Part shown: positions 56,170 through 64,000 of the stretch, in pieces
Layout: every line of letters starts with the position of its first letter
How positions within the stretch are numbered: the stretch's first letter is position 1
Translations under genes and position numbers: made by a program
The notes under the pieces: model-generated
What the model saw: the letters and a program-made list of their open reading frames with translations, nothing else
Database searches by the model: none
Told to the model about the DNA's origin: nothing
Assembly (NCBI GenBank): GCA_964650355.1
Contig: CAZYTL010000008.1
Coordinates: forward strand, 89 to 64,088
DNA from: an uncultured Gammaproteobacteria bacterium
GTDB lineage: Bacteria > Patescibacteriota > Microgenomatia > CAYXHB01 > CAZYTL01
Length of the DNA stretch: 64,000 bases
Direction of reading: 5' to 3'

Positions 56170-57045
56170 TTAATTTAAGTTCACCAGTCCCCTATCCGCG
56201 ATAGGGGAGTGGCCCAATTTTTGTCGGCTGCTAATCAACATTGGGAGACGCATAAGTGCCAAGATCACAATTCTTAGATAGCCGGGATGATTGATGACTC
56301 TTTTCAATAACCCGCGACAATGGCTAATTAACAGTCCCCTATCTTGAAGATTCTTCCAGTTGAATAGCAAATGGTTGCGTTCCTGCAGTCGGCTTTTATA
56401 TGTCTGATCGAAATGCTCTCCGCCAAAACTTTGTTCTCGTTCATGATAGACTTTAGCCCGGGGATCCCAGAGTACTTTCCAGCCCCTTTTTTGCGCTCGG
56501 TAGCCGATGTCTAAATCCTCCCAATAGCCAGGATCATAAATGGGATCAAAACCGCCTAACTGATCCCAATATTTTTTGCGAAAGGATCCTGTGCCACCAC
56601 TAACCCAGAAAGACAAGGTAACTTTCTGAGGTCTGGGTTTGATAGGTTGGTGGACGATAAAGCCGTCTTGAAAGGCTCCTTTAGTAGGACCGAAATGCTG
56701 TTCTGCTAAGGATACTCCAAACACTTGAGGATCCCTGAAATCCTCTTTTAGAAATTTAAGGATGTCAGGTTGAGGTTTGACGTCCTGATTAAGCAAAACT
56801 ACTACCTCTCCCCTAGCCTGTTGAAATCCCTTGTTAACGTTGCTACCAAAACCCAGATTGGTTTTGTTTCTGTAAACTTTTACTGAAGGGAAGTGCTGTT
56901 TCACGAACTCTGCGTCGTTTTCCGGTGAGGCGTCATCACCCACGATCACCTCGTCGGCGCCCATTTTAAGTACTGCAGGCAGATTTTTCTTAAGTTGTTC
57001 GATTCCCCTCCAGGCGGGAATAACCACAGAAAAAGTCATGGTCAA
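56170..57045 (-). CDS. glycosyltransferase family 2
   Basis: FSVVIPAW, GDDASPEN, LLNQDV motifs. Confidence 0.8.
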   Translation of the reverse strand: MTMTFSVVIPAWRGIEQLKKNLPAVLKMGADEVIVGDDASPENDAEFVKQHFPSVKVYRNKTNLGFGSNVNKGFQQARGEVVVLLNQDVKPQPDILKFLKEDFRDPQVFGVSLAEQHFGPTKGAFQDGFIVHQPIKPRPQKVTLSFWVSGGTGSFRKKYWDQLGGFDPIYDPGYWEDLDIGYRAQKRGWKVLWDPRAKVYHEREQSFGGEHFDQTYKSRLQERNHLLFNWKNLQDRGLLISHCRGLLKRVINHPGYLRIVILALMRLPMLISSRQKLGHSPIADRGLVNLN

Positions 57046-57048
57046 ATT

Positions 57049-57870
57049 TTAGTTTGTATTTAATTCTACCCCCATTCTCATCTTAACAAATTCATTGAAA
57101 ATTAATTTGATGCCGGATTCGTTTTGATACCAACTTTCTTGCCTTAATTCAGGCGATTGTATGGGAGCATTGACCCGGTATAAAGGAATTGGTTCAGGAA
57201 GATATTTCATCATGTGGGACCAGGCCCGGCGTTGACCAAACCAGGCGGTGATCTGAATAATGCCTTGTTGATAATTAACTCCTAATTTATCCATTAAGTT
57301 AAGACTTCTGCGCACGTTATCCGCATATGAGATGGCCTCTGGCTCTAAAATTATTTTGTCTTCCGGAACTCCCAGCTGAATGGCATGGTTTTTAAAGATG
57401 ACGGCTTCGGGTTCTGATTCCTGATAAAGAGGACTTCTTCCAGTGATTAAGATCCGTGAAGCCAGCTTTTGTTTCCATAACTCAACGGCTTTTTCTATCC
57501 GGGAAAGATTTTTGCTCCCATAGACAAATATCAAATCAGAAGGTTGGGGTTGATCTTCTTCTCCTAGATATTGGGAAATTTCAGCACAGAGTTTGGTTAA
57601 GGTCGGGTGGGATTTTTTAATTAGACTTAAGGTTCTGGTTACAACTTCAGGTTTGATCCGTTCTCCCACGGAGACGATCTGTTGCCAGTTGTCTGAATTA
57701 GTTACAAAGGAAGAGTTTACATCAAGGATATTTAACCAATCTATTAATAAACCGAATTCAGGATAATGAATCTGTTCCTTTCCCTGGGCTAAAGGTCTTT
57801 GAGCTTCTTTTTGTAAAAGTTGATATACTTCTGAAACAGAAGGCAATTGTTGGGGTTTTATTCTAGACAT
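57049..57870 (-). CDS. DUF218/YdcF-like domain protein
   Basis: ILITGRSP ... ILEPEAISYADNV matches the YdcF pattern. Confidence 0.45.
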   Translation of the reverse strand: MSRIKPQQLPSVSEVYQLLQKEAQRPLAQGKEQIHYPEFGLLIDWLNILDVNSSFVTNSDNWQQIVSVGERIKPEVVTRTLSLIKKSHPTLTKLCAEISQYLGEEDQPQPSDLIFVYGSKNLSRIEKAVELWKQKLASRILITGRSPLYQESEPEAVIFKNHAIQLGVPEDKIILEPEAISYADNVRRSLNLMDKLGVNYQQGIIQITAWFGQRRAWSHMMKYLPEPIPLYRVNAPIQSPELRQESWYQNESGIKLIFNEFVKMRMGVELNTN

Positions 57871-57877
57871 TTAATCT

Positions 57878-58738
57878 TCAATAAGGACAGACTTGGTAAT
57901 CTGCGGGTGGTTCTATATATCCGTATTTAGCCTCAGATTCTTGATTCAAGTACGCAGATAAGGGATCCCCGTCTCCATAATGCCAGAATTCACCCGGATG
58001 CCAAGTAAATACTTCTTCTGGAGAAAAACAAACACTCGGGGTAGTTAATAAGTGAAAGAGGATGCGCCTGACTTGGCATTTGCTTTTTTCTATCTCAGTC
58101 AAATTGCGCTTTTGTTCTAAAGCAAAAGAGCTGATGACATCTCCGGGATAAGAAAATGACAAAGGAGCTTTTAGTGTCATTGACCAGAGTTCGATGTCTA
58201 TGGCCCCACCGGTGGCGTGGGGAGGAGGTGATTGGTAAACGTCTTGATGCACTTTGGCCAAGCGAATAGTAGCTTCTTTTTCTCCGAACTGGTTTTTTAT
58301 CAACTCTGCAGCCAAAGTTTGAATATCAGGATGACGCCAGCCACTATTAATCACCAGGAATAACCCATGATTTCTTAAAATCTGATCTGCTTTCTGCAAT
58401 CTTTCAGTGACTGACTTGCGCAGCCATGCGAAGGGGTACATGAGCCGCTGCTTAAACGCTGGTAAAAAGCTCTCGTCTTGGGTTAAAAATCCGTCAATAA
58501 GTTTACCCAGATAGTAATCTTTGCTCATCAGGCCAAAGTCAGCACAATTCACTAAGGGTTCCTGATTGTCCTTTATGGAAATTTTTCTATACCCATCTCT
58601 ATAAGGACCCTGATTGTTTTCCCCCACCTGGGCAATTTGCCAGGGATCCAAAACCGGGATTTGTTCCATCAGACCTTTTGCCCAATCATCAAACTGGTGT
58701 TTTTTTAAGTTATTAATTTGGATTTCTTCAGGCGACAT
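57878..58738 (-). CDS. peptidase M15 (VanY/LdcB-like D,D- or L,D-carboxypeptidase)
   Basis: SGWRHPDIQ, HATGGAIDIE (HxxxxxxD), EFWHY (ExxH) zinc-site motifs. Confidence 0.7.
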   Translation of the reverse strand: MSPEEIQINNLKKHQFDDWAKGLMEQIPVLDPWQIAQVGENNQGPYRDGYRKISIKDNQEPLVNCADFGLMSKDYYLGKLIDGFLTQDESFLPAFKQRLMYPFAWLRKSVTERLQKADQILRNHGLFLVINSGWRHPDIQTLAAELIKNQFGEKEATIRLAKVHQDVYQSPPPHATGGAIDIELWSMTLKAPLSFSYPGDVISSFALEQKRNLTEIEKSKCQVRRILFHLLTTPSVCFSPEEVFTWHPGEFWHYGDGDPLSAYLNQESEAKYGYIEPPADYQVCPY

Positions 58739-58743
58739 GAAAG

Positions 58744-59826
58744 TTAAAGATTAGCAAAAATAATTTTGGCAATTTTATTTCTAAACAGGTCTAATGAATC
58801 CGGATTGCTTCTTTTAGGATAAGTCCGATTGGTGAATAACGCGATACCGACTTCGTGCTTAATGTTAAACAACGCCAGACAACCGGTGAATCCACCTCTA
58901 TATAAAGTTCCCGAAGGAAAGGACTGACCAAGTCCCTGAGTGGAATTGCGTATCCACCCTAATCCTCTGAAATCTCTGATTCCCTTTTGTTGGTCTATCT
59001 GCATTTGCGTGATCATAGATCCTGAAAAGAAGCGTTTATTATTTAATTTTCCGTTGTTGAGTAACATTTCCAAAAAGATTAACGTGTCCGGGACAGTAGA
59101 AAACAATCCGGAACAGCCCACCAGGTACTTTTTCTGTAAAGCAGAAGTTATCTCATCGTGTACTTCACCTTGAATAAGTCGCTTCCTCCACTGGGTATCA
59201 ATTTCTGTAGGTAGGATTCTATGTTTGGATAGTCTTTCAAGATGAAAAGTGGTCTGGTTCATTTTTAAAGGATTAAAGAAAACTTCGTCCGCTAGTTGAT
59301 CTAATTTCTTTCCGGTTACTTTTTCAATGACAAAACCGAGAAGGATACCTACCGGGTTACTGGTGACGAATACTTGTCCAGGAGGATATTTTAATTTGGC
59401 AGTATAGACTTTACTTAAAATTTGATCAGGCTCTAAACTTTTGAAGTTCCGCAACCCCGGAAGGTCCAAATATAGGGTGTTAGTCAGTAAGTGTTTAATT
59501 AATACCTGTTTTTTGCGGACATCTCCTTTAGCGAATTCGGGAATGAATTGAATAATTTGATCATCATAAGAGAGTTTTCCTTTATCGATTAGATAGAGAG
59601 CCAGGCAAGCTACGGGGATGGTTTTAGTCATGGTGGCCACGTCAAAGATGGAATCTTCCTTTACTAATGGTGAGGACTGATCGTAAGTGAAATGGCCGAA
59701 GGGGAAAATGTATTTTTCACCTGATTTTCTGACTATGCCAATCACGCATCCGGGAAAGACATGGTCTTGGATGGCTCTGGTGGTCCGGAAGGTTATTTGT
59801 CTTTTAACTTTCTCATTCATGATCAA
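58744..59826 (-). CDS. beta-lactamase-family serine hydrolase
   Basis: SxxK = ATMTK (FDVATMTKTI), class C/PBP-like length. Confidence 0.75.
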   Translation of the reverse strand: MIMNEKVKRQITFRTTRAIQDHVFPGCVIGIVRKSGEKYIFPFGHFTYDQSSPLVKEDSIFDVATMTKTIPVACLALYLIDKGKLSYDDQIIQFIPEFAKGDVRKKQVLIKHLLTNTLYLDLPGLRNFKSLEPDQILSKVYTAKLKYPPGQVFVTSNPVGILLGFVIEKVTGKKLDQLADEVFFNPLKMNQTTFHLERLSKHRILPTEIDTQWRKRLIQGEVHDEITSALQKKYLVGCSGLFSTVPDTLIFLEMLLNNGKLNNKRFFSGSMITQMQIDQQKGIRDFRGLGWIRNSTQGLGQSFPSGTLYRGGFTGCLALFNIKHEVGIALFTNRTYPKRSNPDSLDLFRNKIAKIIFANL

Positions 59827-59860
59827 TGGTTGTCCCTTACCTATATAGTATAATCCAACT

Positions 59861-60853
59861 ATGATTAAGGCGGTAATATTTGATTATGGCGGGGTGGTCA
59901 GTCCCTACGAGAGAAAGATAAGTAAAGCGGTTACGGATCAGTATGGACTAAAAATTGAAGACGTTCTCGGTCCGTTTTTAAATTTAATTACTCCTTTATC
60001 AATGGGAAAAATAACTGAAACAGAATTCGTAAGTGAATTCGGTAGAGCACTTAATTTGTCATCTTTTGAAGATTATTGGGAGGAGTTAACTAATGACTAC
60101 AGACGTTCATTTTATTTGTTCCCAGAGGTCGTCAAGTTAATCCACGAACTAAAACAGGTAAAAATTAAAACAGCCGTGTTATCAAACAACATCCCCGTTC
60201 ATGCCCAAATTGCCAGAGAGCATAATGGGTATGATGATTTTGACGTGACAGTATTGTCATGTGAGGTGGGGTTGCTAAAACCTGACCCAAAAATCTACCA
60301 GATTACTTTGGATAGATTAAATGTTAAACCGGAAGAATGTTTATATGTTGACGATTTGGAGGAAAATTTGGTACCGGCAAGGGAATTAGGGATGAAAACT
60401 CTTTTAGCCAAGAATCCTAAGCAGGTGGTGGCAGATGTTTATCATCTGTTAAATGTTAATTTGGGAGTGGGGATTGTTTTGCTCAAGGATAACTCGGTTC
60501 TTTTACAATTACGTGATAATAAACCCGACATCTCGGCACCAAACACTTGGAAGGTTCCAGGAGGAGGAGCAGGCAAGAATGAAAATCCCATCAAGGCTGT
60601 AAAACGAGAATGCGAAGAAGAGACCGGCTATAAATTACATGATCCGCAGTTTTTTTATAAGCATTTAACCTATTGGGGCGATGAGATAAGTCTTGATAGA
60701 TATTATTGGGAAACATATGACGGGAGACAGGAGATTCAATGTTTTGAAGGACAAAAGATGGAATTTATCCCCATTGATCAGCTGGGTGATATAAATTTAC
60801 TGGAAGGACAAGAGGAGATTATTAAGAAAGCAGTGGAAGTTTCTGAGATCTAA
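59861..60853 (+). CDS. HAD-superfamily hydrolase fused to a C-terminal NUDIX hydrolase
   Basis: N-terminal VIFDYGGV (HAD motif I) ... VDDLEEN. C-terminal Nudix box PGGGAGKNENPIKAVKRECEEETG. Confidence 0.7.
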   Translation: MIKAVIFDYGGVVSPYERKISKAVTDQYGLKIEDVLGPFLNLITPLSMGKITETEFVSEFGRALNLSSFEDYWEELTNDYRRSFYLFPEVVKLIHELKQVKIKTAVLSNNIPVHAQIAREHNGYDDFDVTVLSCEVGLLKPDPKIYQITLDRLNVKPEECLYVDDLEENLVPARELGMKTLLAKNPKQVVADVYHLLNVNLGVGIVLLKDNSVLLQLRDNKPDISAPNTWKVPGGGAGKNENPIKAVKRECEEETGYKLHDPQFFYKHLTYWGDEISLDRYYWETYDGRQEIQCFEGQKMEFIPIDQLGDINLLEGQEEIIKKAVEVSEI

Positions 60854-60921
60854 TAATTCTCTATACAGGCAAGTCGAATTCAGATTTTCAGGAGATGGTT
60901 ATTCGTAAGCAAGTGATGTGT

Positions 60922-62457
60922 TTATAAGCCTCTCATGATCTCAATCTTGGCACCCAGGGTTTGCAAACGATTGGCCAGGTCTTCGTATCCGCGGTTGATG
61001 GAGTAGACATTACGAAGGATGGAAGTACCTTTGGCAGCCAGCATGCCGATAAGGATGATGGTAGCCGGGCGTAGGGCAGGAGGACAGACAACTTCGGCAG
61101 CTTGCAGTTTGGTGGGACCTTTAATGTATACCCGATGGGGATCGACCAAACGGACCTGAGCACCTAGTTTTTCCAGTTCGGTGTAATATATGGCCCGGTT
61201 TTCATACACCCAGTCGTGGATAAACGTCTCCCCCCTGGCCTGAGTGGCAATGGGCACGAATAAAGGCAGGTTATCAATGTTTAGTCCCGGATACGGCCGG
61301 CCGTAGAGTTTATGGTCAAGAGCTTTTAACTTGGAAGGCAGGGTTTTGATATCCACTAGTTTGGTATGGCCGTTTTGAGCCAGATAGTGTTTTAAGATTT
61401 CATACTTGAACCCCATCTTTCCCAGTTTGAGTAATTCCAGTTCCAGAAAGTCAATGGGACAACCCTTGATAATGATAGAAGAATTGGTGGTGGCCGCGAT
61501 GGAGATAAATAGCATGGCTTCAATAGGATCTTCGCTGGGGTAAAATTCCACCCGCCGGTTAATATGCGGTTGGCCTTCGATCACTAAGGTGGTGGTGCCC
61601 AGGCCGTGAATTTTAACGCCAAGTTGTTGTAAGAAGAGGCACAAATCCTGGACTTGATAATTAGCGGACGCGAATTTAATGGTGGTTTTGCCCGGAATTT
61701 TAGCAGCGGCCATTAAGGCGTTTTCGGTAGCTGTATCGCCGGATTCATACATGACGATTTTGGCGGGATGAAGCTTGTTGACCTGCACACGGTGAAAACC
61801 ATGGTTGGTATCGATGTTGACTCCCAAATTTTCCAAAGCATATAAATGGGGTTCCACAATGCGACGGCCAAGCTGACAACCTCCGGAAAAAGGCAATTTA
61901 AACTGGGGTAGCAAATGGATTAATGGACCCAGAAACATGAGAATAGAGCGGGTTTTGACTGCAGACTCGATATTCAACTGATCAAGTTTAATCTTTTTGG
62001 GAGGAGTGATTTGCAAATCATTATTCGCCAGCCACTTGACGGTCACTCCAATGCTTTCCAGCACTTCAATGATTCTGTTGACTTCTTCTATTCTGGGCAT
62101 ATTTTTGAGCAAAGTAGTATTCTGATTTAGTAAAGAAGCACATAAGAGAGCAACGGCAGAGTTTTTAGAGGTTCTGACCTGAATTTCCCCATGAAGTTTT
62201 TTCCCGCCTTCGACTCTGAAGTTAATGGCCTGGCTACCCAGACGAATAATTTGTTTATTTAAAGCCACACTGATTTTGGAGAGCATTTCAGTGCTGAAGT
62301 TTTGTTCACCTTTTTCCATGCGCGCGACTGCACTTTGACTGGTGTTTAAACGATCAGCCAATTCCTTTTGCGTTAAACCCTTTTGTTGACGAAGTGTGGC
62401 TATGAAGCGACCGATTTTAATTTGATTTCGTAATGTGGGCGTGGTTTTACGTGACAT
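60922..62457 (-). CDS. murA: XRE-family HTH domain fused to UDP-N-acetylglucosamine 1-carboxyvinyltransferase (MurA/EPT family)
   Basis: The N-terminal ~85 aa read LRQQKGLTQKELADRLNTSQSAVARMEKGEQNFS (HTH_3). The remaining ~425 aa are an EPT fold with MurA-like blocks (GCQLGRR, GATGTENALMAAA region, KGTSIL). Confidence 0.8.
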   Translation of the reverse strand: MSRKTTPTLRNQIKIGRFIATLRQQKGLTQKELADRLNTSQSAVARMEKGEQNFSTEMLSKISVALNKQIIRLGSQAINFRVEGGKKLHGEIQVRTSKNSAVALLCASLLNQNTTLLKNMPRIEEVNRIIEVLESIGVTVKWLANNDLQITPPKKIKLDQLNIESAVKTRSILMFLGPLIHLLPQFKLPFSGGCQLGRRIVEPHLYALENLGVNIDTNHGFHRVQVNKLHPAKIVMYESGDTATENALMAAAKIPGKTTIKFASANYQVQDLCLFLQQLGVKIHGLGTTTLVIEGQPHINRRVEFYPSEDPIEAMLFISIAATTNSSIIIKGCPIDFLELELLKLGKMGFKYEILKHYLAQNGHTKLVDIKTLPSKLKALDHKLYGRPYPGLNIDNLPLFVPIATQARGETFIHDWVYENRAIYYTELEKLGAQVRLVDPHRVYIKGPTKLQAAEVVCPPALRPATIILIGMLAAKGTSILRNVYSINRGYEDLANRLQTLGAKIEIMRGL

Positions 62458-62600
62458 AGGTAGATGTAGGTATCAACCACCATATCACATATGATATACG
62501 CTGTCAAGATACTGCTGAGTCATGCATTAAACAGGGGTTGGGTGAGTTTGACTGTTAATCTTTCCCTGAAAATTCGAACTAAGACCAACCAATCGAAGCA

Positions 62601-63665
62601 CTAGCTGGTGATTAGGTTTAGAAACTCCTTTACAAACCGGTCTTTGGAGAAGTCCTGGGCTCTTTTTTGGGCTGCCTGGCTGATTTGGTTGATCTCTTCC
62701 TGGTTATTAAATAAAGACGTGGTGCGGTTTAGCAATTCATCAACATCATTCCAAAGGTACCCGTTTCTTTCGTTAATGACTATCTCGCGTAGTCCTCCTT
62801 TATTAAGCACTATAGGCACACAACCTGCAGCCATGGCTTCGACTAAAGAGATACCAAAATGTTCACATTTTTCCGGTTCAGTTGTTTCATCGGCATCATA
62901 GCCTACGGCGGACCAAAATATTTTCGCCTTTGCATAAAGTTTTTTCATCGTGTCCCAATCTACGTCTGTATAAAAACTAATGGGATAGCCTTCTGCCATA
63001 GTTTTTAATTGCTTTAGTAACCCTCCATCCGACCCCACCTCCGTACTGCCAGCCAGCCAAAGTTGATAGTTGCTCACTCCGGTATCACATAGTTGTTTAA
63101 ATGCCTGAATTAGCACGTGGTGACCTTTTTGTTGGAGTAAATTTGAAAATCTTGCAGCGAAAAGGATGGAGTTAATTTTATTTCCGGGTTTCAGTTCGTT
63201 CGTTTCGACAGGTGGATAAATCACTTGGCTATTTATTCCGTACTCCTCATCTACGATTTGTTTTGTGAATTGTGAGTTGACAACAAAATTCGTAATAACC
63301 TTGGTTTTAATTTGATTAATTAAAGATCTACCTTCAACGCGTTTAAAGGGCACCTGTAAGTGTACGATATTCCGTTTGCCAAATAAAAAAGGTAGACTGC
63401 CATCTGATACAAAAAATACTAAGTCGTAGTCTCGTAAATAGTTGATCCTTTTCCAAATCTGGCCTTGTTGAAAAACATTCGGGTGATATTTAGTCGAAGA
63501 GATATTCAAATGGAATTTGTTTTGCACTTGGTCGCTAACTGACTGACCATTCCAAAACAATACCGTTTCCCAACCTTGATTATTTAAAGCCTCAACCAAG
63601 GTCAAAGCATAGCGCTCCCCTCCTCCCAGGGAGTCTAAATAGGGATCGTAAAAAGCGGCGCGCAT
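62601..63665 (-). CDS. glycosyltransferase family 4 (GT-B)
   Basis: EHFGISLVEAMAAGCVPIV (E-x7-E-like GT4 motif). Confidence 0.8.
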   Translation of the reverse strand: MRAAFYDPYLDSLGGGERYALTLVEALNNQGWETVLFWNGQSVSDQVQNKFHLNISSTKYHPNVFQQGQIWKRINYLRDYDLVFFVSDGSLPFLFGKRNIVHLQVPFKRVEGRSLINQIKTKVITNFVVNSQFTKQIVDEEYGINSQVIYPPVETNELKPGNKINSILFAARFSNLLQQKGHHVLIQAFKQLCDTGVSNYQLWLAGSTEVGSDGGLLKQLKTMAEGYPISFYTDVDWDTMKKLYAKAKIFWSAVGYDADETTEPEKCEHFGISLVEAMAAGCVPIVLNKGGLREIVINERNGYLWNDVDELLNRTTSLFNNQEEINQISQAAQKRAQDFSKDRFVKEFLNLITS

Positions 63666-63710
63666 AAGCTTAGTTATTAGTTGCCCCTAAGGGGCCCCTT
63701 TGGGGTTAGT

Positions 63711-63977
63711 TTAGTTTTTAGTTGGCTTGGTCTGCATTTCCCACAAGCGGGCAAAGTTAATAAACTGACTATAACTTTGATAAATAGCATCTATCAAGCC
63801 TTCAGCGCCATCAAGGATGCCGCCCTTAATGATTAAACGGCTAAATAGGCTGGTTAAAAAGGGGTGGATGCTGAGTCTGATAAATCGAAGGGTGGTCAAT
63901 GGCGGATGATGAGCTTGGATATACAACTTAGCCTCTTTTGTTGACCAGTCAATGGTTTTGGAAACGTAGTTTTCCAA
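63711..63977 (-). CDS. hypothetical protein
   Basis: 88-aa ORF at the window edge with no recognisable motif. Confidence 0.3.
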   Translation of the reverse strand: MENYVSKTIDWSTKEAKLYIQAHHPPLTTLRFIRLSIHPFLTSLFSRLIIKGGILDGAEGLIDAIYQSYSQFINFARLWEMQTKPTKN

Positions 63978-64000
63978 CTTTTGAAACTTAATATGTAATA

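Noticed and set aside
1-64000. CRISPR array, rRNA genes, integrase/transposase genes
   Set aside because: I scanned for regularly spaced direct repeats, rRNA-like conserved blocks, and tyrosine or serine recombinase or DDE motifs. None was found in this window.

Overview
This 64-kb window is a bacterial chromosome segment with moderate GC and compact, short genes. Gene content (an LCP protein, an ATE/Bpt/Fem-like transferase, a VanY-like M15 peptidase, many Nudix hydrolases, short uvrC and thrS) suggests a small-genome Gram-positive-type or Patescibacteria/CPR-like organism, but that is a guess. Most of the window is housekeeping: uvrA, uvrC, two UvrD/PcrA-family helicases, rmuC, a radical-SAM SPL-like gene, gltX, thrS, tgt, tsaD, sufB plus a short sufD, pyrD, a polyprenyl synthase, uppS, secG, hpf, two Mur ligases, an LCP protein, several glycosyltransferases, and peptidoglycan peptidases. 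Four tRNAs lie on the minus strand (Lys-CTT, Arg-TCG, Ser-TGA, Ser-GCT), with small accessory genes between them. The main finding is the first ~3.2 kb. It is visibly more AT-rich than the flanks and contains, in order: a sigma70-like promoter; a ~150-nt structured non-coding stretch flanked by a perfect 12-bp inverted repeat; a retron-type reverse transcriptase fused at its C-terminus to an Mrr-like PD-(D/E)xK nuclease-fold domain; a frameshifted T5orf172 (GIY-YIG-like) gene; and a PNP_UDP_1/MTA-nucleosidase-family protein. I read this as a candidate undescribed retron-like defence module. Other notable items are an ArmA/Rmt-family 16S rRNA m7G1405 methyltransferase homologue between tgt and thrS, an HTH-XRE::MurA fusion, a CPBP-protease::transglutaminase fusion, an att-like 19-bp duplication of the tRNA-Lys 3' end, and a terminator or attenuator hairpin just upstream of thrS. 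No CRISPR array, rRNA or integrase gene was seen.
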